Positions 49,691 to 59,515 of a stretch of 64,000 bases of DNA are shown here, one piece after another; position 1 is the first letter of the stretch, and every line of letters begins with the position of its first letter. The stretch is taken from the sequence record SRR31156797_5854; one strand, 5' to 3'. The notes under the pieces were generated by a model. It was not told where the DNA came from. It did no database searches and saw only the letters and a list, made by a program, of their open reading frames with translations. The translations under genes and the position numbers were made by a program.

Positions 49691-50776
49691 ATGGATTTAT
49701 ACCCGATAAAATTTACTGAAGTATACAAACAATATATTTGGGGTGGTCAAGGACTGGAAAGACTTGGTAAGACAGTTCCGGATAGTAATGCAGCAGAAAG
49801 TTGGGAAATAGCTTGCCACAAGGATGGAATGAGTATTGTTTCAAACGGTTCACTGCAGGGAAAAAGTATTAAAGAATTAGTAACTTACTACAAAGAAAAA
49901 CTATTTGGAACAAGAGTACAATTAGTTAATAATGAGTTTCCATTACTGGTCAAGTTTATCAACGCAAAAGACAGATTATCAGTACAAGTACATCCTAATG
50001 ATAATTATGCTCTTGAGAACGAAAATCAACTTGGGAAAAATGAAGCTTGGGTTATATTAGATGCAGAAGAAAATGCTGAACTTATTATTGGACTTAAACA
50101 TAATATTAATAAAAAAGCATTCGAAAAAGCTATTAAACAAGATAAAATAGGTGAATGCTTAGATAGGATTAGCGTCAGACCTGGCGATGTTATTAATATA
50201 CCAGCTGGACTAATACACGCTATTGGTAAAGGAATAATATTAGCTGAAATTCAACAAAATTCCAATATTACATATCGTCTATATGATTATAACAGAACAG
50301 ATAATAAGGGCAACAAACGACCATTACATATAGAAAAAGCACTCGATGTTATTGACTTCTCACTTGTTGATAATGATAAAAAAGCAAAAGGTATTTGTGT
50401 GGATTTAGGGGGAAACTCTATAAAGAAAGTTTATGTAGCTAATAAATATTTCTGTATTGAAACTTACGATATATCAAGTGAATTAAATCAGGTTGCTTCT
50501 GGTGAAACATTTTTTATTTATATATTTACTGATGGCGAAGGTCATATCAATTACAAAAATGGTGAAATAAAGGTACGTAAGGGAGAGTCATACTTAATTC
50601 CTGCCAGCTTAGGAAACTATAGTATTACTGGTTCAATAAAGTTTATCAAATCATATGTTCCTGATATTGACGGTGATATTATAAACCCATTGAAAAATGA
50701 AGGAATAAGCATAGAAGAAATATATAACAATATTGATGGTGTAAAAGATTTTATAATGAGTAATGAAAAGCAATAG
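49691..50776 (+). CDS. manA: Type I mannose-6-phosphate isomerase
   Basis: YIWGG, AESWE, FPLLVK, LSVQVHP, KNEAW, AGLIHA, EIQQNSNITYRLYDY and RPLH. Confidence 0.93.
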   Translation: MDLYPIKFTEVYKQYIWGGQGLERLGKTVPDSNAAESWEIACHKDGMSIVSNGSLQGKSIKELVTYYKEKLFGTRVQLVNNEFPLLVKFINAKDRLSVQVHPNDNYALENENQLGKNEAWVILDAEENAELIIGLKHNINKKAFEKAIKQDKIGECLDRISVRPGDVINIPAGLIHAIGKGIILAEIQQNSNITYRLYDYNRTDNKGNKRPLHIEKALDVIDFSLVDNDKKAKGICVDLGGNSIKKVYVANKYFCIETYDISSELNQVASGETFFIYIFTDGEGHINYKNGEIKVRKGESYLIPASLGNYSITGSIKFIKSYVPDIDGDIINPLKNEGISIEEIYNNIDGVKDFIMSNEKQ

Positions 50777-50936
50777 CCTGCAAACCTCTTAAATAGCTTA
50801 ATTTGACAATATTTTTAACTTAAATACTAGAACTAGAATATCTGTAAGATATATTAAGGATTGCAACTACAAGCTCACAAACAATCAGATATAAAATATT
50901 ATAATATATTTTCTAAAACGAGTAATAGAATTTGAT

Positions 50937-50983
50937 AAAAATACGAGGATTATAGGGTGAAATACTATCCCATAATCCTCGTA
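50937..50983 (-). terminator. Strong hairpin with the U-tract on the minus strand
   Basis: TACGAGGATTAT (50942-50953) / ATAATCCTCGTA (50972-50983) perfect 12-bp stem; A5 at 50937-50941. Confidence 0.55.
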
Positions 50984-51169
50984 AATATATTAGTAAATTC
51001 AATTAGTTATTCACTTAAATACTAACAATAAGTTACAAATGAAAGCATGTATTACCATAAAAAATGTAAACTGAATTAATATATTTTTTTATTTGTTTTC
51101 ACAAATTAATATTCATTTTTCGCACTATTATATGTTCCATATTATTATACTTTATGATATACTCTACCC

Positions 51170-52879
51170 ATGAATTACATTAATAAATATAACCAATGGA
51201 AGAGTGATGAATTCTTCGACTTAAACACTAGAAAAGAGCTGTGCAGTCTAGATTTCAATAAGGATAAAAAAGAAATTGAAGACAGATTCTATAAGGATTT
51301 AGAATTCGGTACAGGCGGGCTTCGCGGAGTTATGGGAGCTGGAACCAATCGTATGAATAAATACTCCGTTGGTAAAGCTACTTTTGGGCTGGCAAATTAC
51401 CTTCTAGATACTTTTGGAGTAGGAATCTGTAATAAACGAGGAGTTGCAATTGCATACGATACCAGAAATAATAGTTCATATTTCGCAAAAGTAGCAGCAA
51501 ATGTCTTTACTAGTAAAGGTATTAAGGTATATCTTTTTGAAAAGCAAGCACCTACACCACAGCTTAGCTTTGCAGTAAAATATTTGAACTGCATTGGAGG
51601 CATTGTATTAACTGCCAGCCATAACCCAAAGGAGTACAATGGTTACAAGGTTTACGATGAATACGGTTGTCAGATAGTCCCACATCAGGCGAAAAAAATT
51701 ATATCCTGTATTGAAAATGTAACTGAATTCCAAGATATATCTTTTGATAGTAATACTGAGCTTATAAACCATATAGATGTAACAAGTGAATTTGTATATG
51801 AAGTATTAAAACAATCATTGCTTAATGATTCTAAATTGAAAGAGAACCTAAAAATTGTTTTCTCTCCATTACATGGCACTGGAAATATCCCTGTCAAAAA
51901 GGTTTTTTCTGACGCTGGTTTTAGTGATGTAAATATAGTCAATAGTCAAGAAAAGCCCGATGGAGATTTCCCAACTGTAAAATCCCCAAATCCTGAAGAT
52001 AGAGATGCATTAAGCCTTGGACTGCAATTAGCAGAAGATACCGGTGCTGATATTGTTCTAGGAACGGACCCTGATGCAGATAGAGTTGGCGTCGGTGTCA
52101 AAACCAAAGATGGATATGAGCTGCTTTCAGGTAATCAAATTGGAGCTCTGTTAATGGATTATGTGCTTACCAATAAAGATTTATCAGATTTATCTAAACC
52201 TGCGGTTGTAAAAACAGTAGTAACAAGCGAGCTTGGTGCTGAAATTGCAAAGAGTAAGGACATTGAGGTGTTTACTACTCTAACGGGCTTCAAGTATATT
52301 GGAGAAAAAATTACGCAGTTTGAAAAGGCTAAAACAGAAAAAAATCATAAGCAAAATTACGACTTTGTACTTGGATATGAAGAATCCTATGGGTATCTTA
52401 TCGGTACTCATGCCAGAGATAAAGATGCAGTTGTATCGTGCCTATTAATAGCTGAAATGGCAGCAAAATATAAGTCCCAGGGATTTACCCTGTTTGATAA
52501 GATAAATCAGCTTTACTCTGAATACGGTTATTATAAAGACCATCTTGACAGCTTTACTAGAAAAGGCAAAGATGGTTCCCAGGAAATAGCTTCTATAATG
52601 GATAATTTGAAGAACAGTGATTCACCGTTTAGCAATACTAAAGAGATAATAAATTATAATAATCCTGTTAAAGAGCACGAAAACTTTGGATTTTTACCAA
52701 CATCAAATGTATTGAAATATGTGTTAGATGATGGCTCTTGGGTAGCAATCAGACCTTCTGGAACTGAACCAAAAATAAAAGTTTATTATAGTATTAAATC
52801 TAGCAATAAAGATATGGCAGAAGAAAAATATAATAAGATAAGAAATACAATACTAGAGAAGATGGGTTTATTGGAATAA
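51170..52879 (+). CDS. pgm: Phosphoglucomutase/phosphomannomutase
   Basis: FGTGGLRG, TASHNP, DPDADR, TGFKYI, YEESYG and RPSGTEPK. Confidence 0.94.
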   Translation: MNYINKYNQWKSDEFFDLNTRKELCSLDFNKDKKEIEDRFYKDLEFGTGGLRGVMGAGTNRMNKYSVGKATFGLANYLLDTFGVGICNKRGVAIAYDTRNNSSYFAKVAANVFTSKGIKVYLFEKQAPTPQLSFAVKYLNCIGGIVLTASHNPKEYNGYKVYDEYGCQIVPHQAKKIISCIENVTEFQDISFDSNTELINHIDVTSEFVYEVLKQSLLNDSKLKENLKIVFSPLHGTGNIPVKKVFSDAGFSDVNIVNSQEKPDGDFPTVKSPNPEDRDALSLGLQLAEDTGADIVLGTDPDADRVGVGVKTKDGYELLSGNQIGALLMDYVLTNKDLSDLSKPAVVKTVVTSELGAEIAKSKDIEVFTTLTGFKYIGEKITQFEKAKTEKNHKQNYDFVLGYEESYGYLIGTHARDKDAVVSCLLIAEMAAKYKSQGFTLFDKINQLYSEYGYYKDHLDSFTRKGKDGSQEIASIMDNLKNSDSPFSNTKEIINYNNPVKEHENFGFLPTSNVLKYVLDDGSWVAIRPSGTEPKIKVYYSIKSSNKDMAEEKYNKIRNTILEKMGLLE

Positions 52880-52962
52880 ATAAAGCTGAAAAAATTTAAC
52901 CTGCAGAAAAATGACTAATGTTGTTTCAATCCCAACAGGTATGGCATTTATGGTGGCTGAAA

Positions 52963-53769
52963 ATGAGATATATTAAGTATTGCCTACTTATAGGAATAAT
53001 ATTACTATTAGGGGCAATCTTCGCTGGATGCATTGAAGCATATATTATAGGAAAAATATCTGATGATAATATCGCTTCAATGACATACTATGTTAATATT
53101 AATACGCAAGATATGACTGATGATGGTATAGCTACATTATCAGATGCATTGAATATTTTACAGCAAAGCTTGAAAGACATGGAGCTAGAATCTGTCGTAG
53201 TTAATAAATCAACAGATACAGACAATATTGCTATTTCAGTTATAATGGAAAATAAATGTACATCCAGAGAAGAAGCATACAAAAAACTATTTGAATATAT
53301 GACCAGCTCATTTAGTGTCTTTGATCAAGTCGAGTACAATTATAATATTGATTATTGTAAAGAAACCAATCAAATAAGCGGAATAATCGACCTTTCTCAA
53401 TTAATTAGCAGAGAAGAAATATCTCTCTCATTTCCTAAACATATAATAATGGATATATATAAAGCATCAAATAACGCCAAAGCAACCTTGAGTTTTGAGC
53501 TCCCGGATAATGAAAGCAGTGAAAGCAAAACATTTTGTCAGAAGATACTATTTAGTGAACCAACAAATTTCTCTGTATCTAGTACAATAAATAATACAAA
53601 CAATTCAACATATGAAAGCAATGAAATTAACATTAGCAATAACTATCGTAAAAGATTAATACTCTTTACCTTACTTTCAATTATTTTAATGCTAATATTC
53701 TTAACATTTGCAATAGTAGTACCTAGTGTCAAGAAAGAACTAAAAATCCATGCTGCATTAAGTGAGTAA
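52963..53769 (+). CDS. Putative lipoprotein with additional C-terminal TM anchor
   Basis: MRYIKY signal peptide ending in lipobox-like FAGC; C-terminal TM helix ending VVPSVKK. Confidence 0.65.
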   Translation: MRYIKYCLLIGIILLLGAIFAGCIEAYIIGKISDDNIASMTYYVNINTQDMTDDGIATLSDALNILQQSLKDMELESVVVNKSTDTDNIAISVIMENKCTSREEAYKKLFEYMTSSFSVFDQVEYNYNIDYCKETNQISGIIDLSQLISREEISLSFPKHIIMDIYKASNNAKATLSFELPDNESSESKTFCQKILFSEPTNFSVSSTINNTNNSTYESNEINISNNYRKRLILFTLLSIILMLIFLTFAIVVPSVKKELKIHAALSE

Positions 53770-53982
53770 ACCTCAGCATTATATGTCGTATCATCTGCAT
53801 TTAATAATGTGTTCTATTACATCTTTATAAATATTATATTTATATTTAATAACATAAGCCAATTGATATTAATATTCAAATAAAGCAATACGAAATAATA
53901 CATGCTTTAAAACTTTAAGTAGAAGATTTCAATTTTGCAAGAAACATAGAAAGACATATGATAAATATGTTATAATCACCAT

Positions 53983-54282
53983 ATGAAGAAAACTACTACA
54001 TTTTTTGTTATTATACTTATAATCAACATAATAACATTTTTATTATATGCAATAGATAAAAGAAAAGCTTCTAAAAGAAAAAAATGGATTTCTGAGAAAC
54101 TTCTTTTAACATTCTCTTTCATTGCTCCGTGGGGTGGATACTTAGGTATGAATATCCTGAATCACAAAAAAAGACATCAGAAATTTAGAATTTTAGTTCC
54201 TGCTTTTTTAATTATTCATATTGTAATTTCTGCCATATTTGTTTATCATAATGTTAGAGTCCACTTTGTTATATTTGATTAA
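53983..54282 (+). CDS. DUF1294-family membrane protein
   Basis: INIITFLLYAIDKRKA...ISEKLL, GGYLGM and HKK motifs. Confidence 0.85.
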   Translation: MKKTTTFFVIILIINIITFLLYAIDKRKASKRKKWISEKLLLTFSFIAPWGGYLGMNILNHKKRHQKFRILVPAFLIIHIVISAIFVYHNVRVHFVIFD

Positions 54283-54714
54283 AAAATAGTAAACTCAGAA
54301 TCTTATTATAATTTATTGTATTAACAAATATTTTTTTGGAATAATATATAGGTCTGAAGTATTTTGATGCTGACTTCACGTATTATATTCTGTAATATTC
54401 TCACTATCCAGCGAATTTTTCATATACTAATAGTGGATAGATATCCGTTATAATCAGGTACTTAATACAATATTTAAACTCTATAGTTAATAAAATAAGG
54501 CAAATAAAAATGGACGACAACACACTTAATCTATCATTCTAATGTTACAAGTTAAATATAATAACTGCAATCAATACTTAAAGTCAGATGGTTAGAACAA
54601 TTGTATTTACTAATTTAAATTCTATCTGATGTAAAACTACAAAATGGTAAATTTTGTTTAATCAGACAATCCTTAAGGTTCCGACTTAGTGAAACTAAAT
54701 TCTTGGAGGGGACA

Positions 54715-55182
54715 ATGAAAAAAATATTATCATTTATATTGATTTGTACTATAATAATATTGGGCTTATATTTATCAGCACATACTAATGAGTGGGTTAA
54801 CAAAACAACGTATAGTAAAATTGCACCTCCAAAGACAAGTAGCATTAATATGAACACTTGCCAAACATCCAATATCAGAGCATCATTGTTCACACGTACA
54901 CTGAATATTCCATTTTACTTAGAGTATAAAACAGTATCCAAAAACATTAATATAATAAATTCTAATGAATCGAATAAACACATTATTATGACCAGCAGAC
55001 CATTTAGATCCGGTGTTACTTATCCGATAATTCAGGTTGGTAGTACGATATACACATGCAGAAAATTAATGGATGAAAATTTTAGTCGCAAAAAATCAAT
55101 TCTATACACTTTACTTGCTATAATTTTCTTGATAATATTTATAATCGTAGTATTAGTGATTCCAAGTGTTAGGAAAAAATAG
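54715..55182 (+). CDS. Hypothetical exported protein with C-terminal TM anchor
   Basis: GGAGGG RBS, MKKILS signal/anchor, C-terminal TM helix ending VIPSVRKK. Confidence 0.6.
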   Translation: MKKILSFILICTIIILGLYLSAHTNEWVNKTTYSKIAPPKTSSINMNTCQTSNIRASLFTRTLNIPFYLEYKTVSKNINIINSNESNKHIIMTSRPFRSGVTYPIIQVGSTIYTCRKLMDENFSRKKSILYTLLAIIFLIIFIIVVLVIPSVRKK

Positions 55183-55322
55183 ATAATTAAAAGCAAAGAA
55201 TATTTATAAAGCAGCAGTAAACTATACAATAATCAAAATTATAAATACTAATGATGATTTGCTATCAATTATGCTTCAATATAAATATATCTTTGCTGAT
55301 TTTATAATACTTGTATTAATAT

Positions 55323-56192
55323 TTATTCGATTCCATATTCTGTACAACGCAATACTACTATACAGCTGTACATCCCTATTTGTGTAAATAATATGACCAT
55401 AATCCAGAATACAGTTGAATTAGATAATGAAGCACATAATTGAGTAATTATTATTCCAATGCATATAGCTATAGAAATAACCAATGTAATTAATGCGCTT
55501 ATAGCACTATCCTTAATGTTTTTTTCATCCCACCATTGTTTTATCTTTTTATTTTTCAATCTTATTACCCAATAAACAACGTAAAATCCAAGGGGAACAA
55601 TAGCAATTACAGCCAGAGTGATAATTAACTGGATAGTAAAGCGTTCAGGTACGATATTGCTAAATTCAGCCAAAATTATTCCAAATAGTCCTAGGATACC
55701 ACATATCACTCCTATCTGATGAACAGTAATATACATAACATCCTGAGATGGTCTTTTACGTTGGTTTATGTTGACTTTATTCATACCGAATACCCCAAGT
55801 ACTATCACAATAGCATGTAGAGCTGTAAAGCAAAAGAGTACATTAAATTCGTCTGAAGCTTCCGAAAGCAGATATTCTTTGCCGATATCAGAAAGCAAAG
55901 CTAAATCTGATAGCAAAAAAATTCCTGACATAATTATTAACACTACAAATACAGATGAAACGAAAGATACATTCATTGTCTTCAAACTCTGTGATAGTAA
56001 AAATAGGTGATATAATCCTATTATAAATAATGCAACTATAGTAAGTCCACCTAAAGTCTCTAAATACTTTGGCACTTCTGTTAACTGTGGTATAAGTTTT
56101 ATTTTCAATAATATAAATACAATTAAACAGTAGATGAGCAATAGAATTGACGTAATACCAAATATTTTCTTCCCAATATTATTCCTTTTCAT
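55323..56192 (-). CDS. Hypothetical polytopic membrane protein
   Basis: About 8 hydrophobic segments and a WWDE motif; start overlaps the upstream HTH gene. Confidence 0.7.
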   Translation of the reverse strand: MKRNNIGKKIFGITSILLLIYCLIVFILLKIKLIPQLTEVPKYLETLGGLTIVALFIIGLYHLFLLSQSLKTMNVSFVSSVFVVLIIMSGIFLLSDLALLSDIGKEYLLSEASDEFNVLFCFTALHAIVIVLGVFGMNKVNINQRKRPSQDVMYITVHQIGVICGILGLFGIILAEFSNIVPERFTIQLIITLAVIAIVPLGFYVVYWVIRLKNKKIKQWWDEKNIKDSAISALITLVISIAICIGIIITQLCASLSNSTVFWIMVILFTQIGMYSCIVVLRCTEYGIE

Positions 56193-56412
56193 TTAAATCT
56201 ACCTCACTTTCATGTTCTAAATAGAATACTTCCTCAACAGTCGTGTGAAAAACTTCGGCCATTTTCAGGGCTAGCACAGTGGATGGCACATATTTACCTT
56301 TTTCTGTGGAATAGATAGTCATCCTAGATACTCCAACTATATCAGCAAGAGACTGCTGCGTCATTTCGCCATTTAAAAACCTTAGCTTTCTGATATTATT
56401 TTTTAATTTCAC
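56179..56412 (-). CDS. XRE/HTH_3 transcriptional regulator
   Basis: NNIRKLR, MTQQSLADIVGVSRMTI, EKGKYVPSTVLALKMA and VEEVF. Confidence 0.92.
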   Translation of the reverse strand: MKLKNNIRKLRFLNGEMTQQSLADIVGVSRMTIYSTEKGKYVPSTVLALKMAEVFHTTVEEVFYLEHESEVDLNEKE

Positions 56413-56447
56413 TTATCGTACCCCTTTCCTATGAAGATTATACTTGT

Positions 56448-56487
56448 ATTATAAAGCATACTTAGCATTATGTAAAGTATTCTTTAC
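56448..56487 (-). promoter_or_regulatory. Promoter and palindromic operator of the XRE gene
   Basis: TTTACA-17 nt-TATAAT on the minus strand; perfect palindrome GTAAAG-N4-CTTTAC at 56472-56487 and a degenerate copy at 56451-56466. Confidence 0.65.
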
Positions 56488-56635
56488 TTCAATTGATGTA
56501 AAATATATGTACAATCACTATACCTGTACAAAACAAAAAGTCCGCTACTGTACAATGACGCTTTCACTGATACAGAACCGACTTAATAATAAAACTTTGA
56601 TTTTTTGTTTTTTAAAATTCTTGTTAAGTTAAGTA

Positions 56636-57850
56636 TTATTCACTAATTTTATTATAGAATAAATCTATCACTAATTCACGAGTAGCTTTTGCATCCACAA
56701 TATAGACTGCTTCCTCATCTTCACCCTCGGGTACTACAGTCTCTCCTTGAATTGAAATTATCTCCTTAGAAGAAAAATCGTCAGATAAAACTGTTTGAAC
56801 CAGAAATGAAAACTCATTATTTTCGATATTGTAAACAGAATAATCATTGATTAACTTCAACAATTCAAAAGGAAGCGTAACATTAGTCTTGGTTTGTTCC
56901 TTTACAGTATCTAAAAATGCATGAACAAACTGTATCTGCCTTGGGCGTCTACTCTCCAAATCACTGTTATCTTCTTTAGTATTTCGAACCTTAACATAAA
57001 CACACGCTTCAGGACCATTTAAAGTAACTACATTCCCTTTTTTCATTTTATGTAAATTCATGCTATATTCCTGCTGCTTGGTCATTATACTGTTATATCG
57101 TGCATATGGATAAAAATCTTCTAAAACTTCCAGAGTAATGCCCCCTACAGCATCAGTAAGCTCAATAATTGCATTTAGATTAATAGCAAAATATCTGTTA
57201 ATCGGAATACTGTATAGAAGTGAACTTACTGCTTCGGTCGTAAGGTTCGCACTTATCTCCTTACCATCACCATAGGCATAGGACGTGCATATCTGCCCCT
57301 CAACGGTATTAATAACACGGGTATAGTTGGAATCCATAATATCAATTTCTGTCAGACAATCCCTTGGTATGCTTATAATATTAGCTTCTTCTGTCTGTGT
57401 ATTTATTGAAACCAGTACTAATAAATCCGCATGACCTCCAGTAATATAGCCATTCTTAATATGTCTGCCTTCCGTTGTTTCATCTACACCTATAAACAAA
57501 AGATTAATAAGATCTGGATTGTACTGATAAAACTCACCATCATACTGCACAGCATTGTCAGGCAATTCCAGACCTGTGTCTACTACGTCTTCTTCTGGAT
57601 TTTCTGAGGATTCAGTAGCAGCAACATCAATTACACTGGTATCCTCAATAACAAACATTTTTTCTTCATTATATTTTCCAGTAGATTTTACATAATAGAC
57701 TGCATAAATAATTCCTGCTGTTATAATAAGAAGAAGTACAATTATGAATATTTTTATAATTTCAGCTAATAGCTTCTTGGGATGTGTATTAGTATTTTCT
57801 TTCACAATGTCTAATGATTTACCATCATTTTGAATAGTATCTTTACTCAC
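56636..57850 (-). CDS. LytR-CpsA-Psr (LCP) family glycopolymer ligase
   Basis: Single TM, LLFIGVD, GHADLLVL, ISIPRD, SYAYG, LTDAVGGI, LNGPEA.YVKVR and RRPRQ. Confidence 0.9.
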   Translation of the reverse strand: MSKDTIQNDGKSLDIVKENTNTHPKKLLAEIIKIFIIVLLLIITAGIIYAVYYVKSTGKYNEEKMFVIEDTSVIDVAATESSENPEEDVVDTGLELPDNAVQYDGEFYQYNPDLINLLFIGVDETTEGRHIKNGYITGGHADLLVLVSINTQTEEANIISIPRDCLTEIDIMDSNYTRVINTVEGQICTSYAYGDGKEISANLTTEAVSSLLYSIPINRYFAINLNAIIELTDAVGGITLEVLEDFYPYARYNSIMTKQQEYSMNLHKMKKGNVVTLNGPEACVYVKVRNTKEDNSDLESRRPRQIQFVHAFLDTVKEQTKTNVTLPFELLKLINDYSVYNIENNEFSFLVQTVLSDDFSSKEIISIQGETVVPEGEDEEAVYIVDAKATRELVIDLFYNKISE

Positions 57851-57867
57851 AATTTTATCCTTTAGTA

Positions 57868-58629
57868 TTAATATATCACTTCATCAATAAGTACGCCTAC
57901 AACTAAATATCGTTTAGTACTTCGGTTTTTAACACAAGTTGATAATGTTATTATTTTATCATCTACCGTTACATCTACATCGTCTATATAATTATCTATA
58001 ACTCCAGTATACTTTGAAAAGGTCTCTATATATGAAGTGTAGAATTCGTCATCATTATAATCAACACCCCATAGTATCCTTTTATCATCACGCTGATACG
58101 ATGCAAAGATTTTATATGTACATTTCTTTTCTGGAGTATAAATATATATCATTCTGTAATTATTTATAAATTCTTCATCTTCAAATTTGTGTAAATCAGC
58201 AAACATAGTACCATTATCATTATTGTGTCCATATATTACTGTATTCCTATCTATTAAATCAGAAGAAGTATCGCAATCGAAAAAAATAGCTCCTCGCTCA
58301 TCTGGATCCTGTCTGATAGAATTCTCAAGATAATACTGATTGTCATATGTTTGGGCAATAGGATAATCAATAACAGTACCAGGTATCTCTATCCATCCTA
58401 CAATATCCATATTTTCTTTATGCAATTCATCAAAATCTACAATCTTTTCACCTGGAATCTCAATCTCTGGTGTAGGATTAGGTGTTACTGCTGAAATAGT
58501 AGTCATAGCTTGACTCTCTATTATATCATTTTCAGCTTTATTGACTTCAGCGCACGAGACAATACTTAACAATACTAATATTATTATAGCTATTGGCAAA
58601 ATTCTGTTCTTGTAAGTTATTTTATTCAT
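57868..58629 (-). CDS. srtB: Class B sortase
   Basis: DIVGWIEIPGT.IDYPI, DNQYYL, GAIFFD, IYGHN..GTMFADL, ITLSTC and KRYLVVG (His/Cys/Arg triad). Confidence 0.92.
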   Translation of the reverse strand: MNKITYKNRILPIAIIILVLLSIVSCAEVNKAENDIIESQAMTTISAVTPNPTPEIEIPGEKIVDFDELHKENMDIVGWIEIPGTVIDYPIAQTYDNQYYLENSIRQDPDERGAIFFDCDTSSDLIDRNTVIYGHNNDNGTMFADLHKFEDEEFINNYRMIYIYTPEKKCTYKIFASYQRDDKRILWGVDYNDDEFYTSYIETFSKYTGVIDNYIDDVDVTVDDKIITLSTCVKNRSTKRYLVVGVLIDEVIY

Positions 58630-58738
58630 TTACAATCCTCATTGTCTCTTTTCACGAAAAGAAAGGTTAATTGATCTATCAAGTAACCTTATTTTAAATA
58701 TAATTATTGTATGTTTACATAGTATACGAAATCAATAA

Positions 58739-59311
58739 CTAGAATTCTGCCATTCTCTTTTTATTAGCAAACAATGCTATTGAGGCTAATACTACACAAG
58801 CTATTATTAATCCAATAATAGTATAGGTATTTGTGCTGCCTGTGCTTGGTGATTCAGCCCCAGGTTCAGAATCAACAATAATAGAAATTAATGCAGGGAA
58901 TTCAGCTGTAAACTTAACCATTCCATCTACGATTTCACTTTCTAATACTATCCACTCGCCATCTTTATAACATAGAACTGTTACTACAGAATCTTCTGTT
59001 AAATTTTCAACCTGTAAAGAAACTGTTGCTTCTCCTTCAACGTCACTTCCGTCTGCATCAGCCAACTTAATTTCGCTCATGAGTATTGGAACACCTGCTA
59101 CTTCATTTGCCTCAATATAAGCATCCATCTCTTCGTTTAGCTTTGCTTTTTCATTTTCATCTGTTAGATCAGAAACTGCAACATTTTCTACTTCAGCAGG
59201 TGCACCTTCAAAACGTATTGTACCTACTACCGGACTTGGAGCTGCTAATGCTGCTAACCACAATGAACATGTAGCAGCAATGACTAACACCATCGCAATA
59301 ACTTTCTTCAT
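58739..59311 (-). CDS. Small acidic cell-wall-anchored protein with SPSTG sorting signal
   Basis: Signal peptide ending ALA-A, SPSTG (58838-58852), hydrophobic helix and basic tail KKR. Confidence 0.82.
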   Translation of the reverse strand: MKKVIAMVLVIAATCSLWLAALAAPSPVVGTIRFEGAPAEVENVAVSDLTDENEKAKLNEEMDAYIEANEVAGVPILMSEIKLADADGSDVEGEATVSLQVENLTEDSVVTVLCYKDGEWIVLESEIVDGMVKFTAEFPALISIIVDSEPGAESPSTGSTNTYTIIGLIIACVVLASIALFANKKRMAEF

Positions 59312-59515
59312 AATATTACCACCTTATAAATTTTTATCATATTATTATAATATGTTACATACTTGCATAATCCATCCATTGCCTGTCTATGTGTGTAATA
59401 ATACCATTATTTACCTATGTTATCAACAACTTTTAAAACACTTATTTCGACATATTATCACAAATTATTGTAATTGCTTGCACAAATAATAGTATTATTT
59501 TAATAAGTGACAAAT

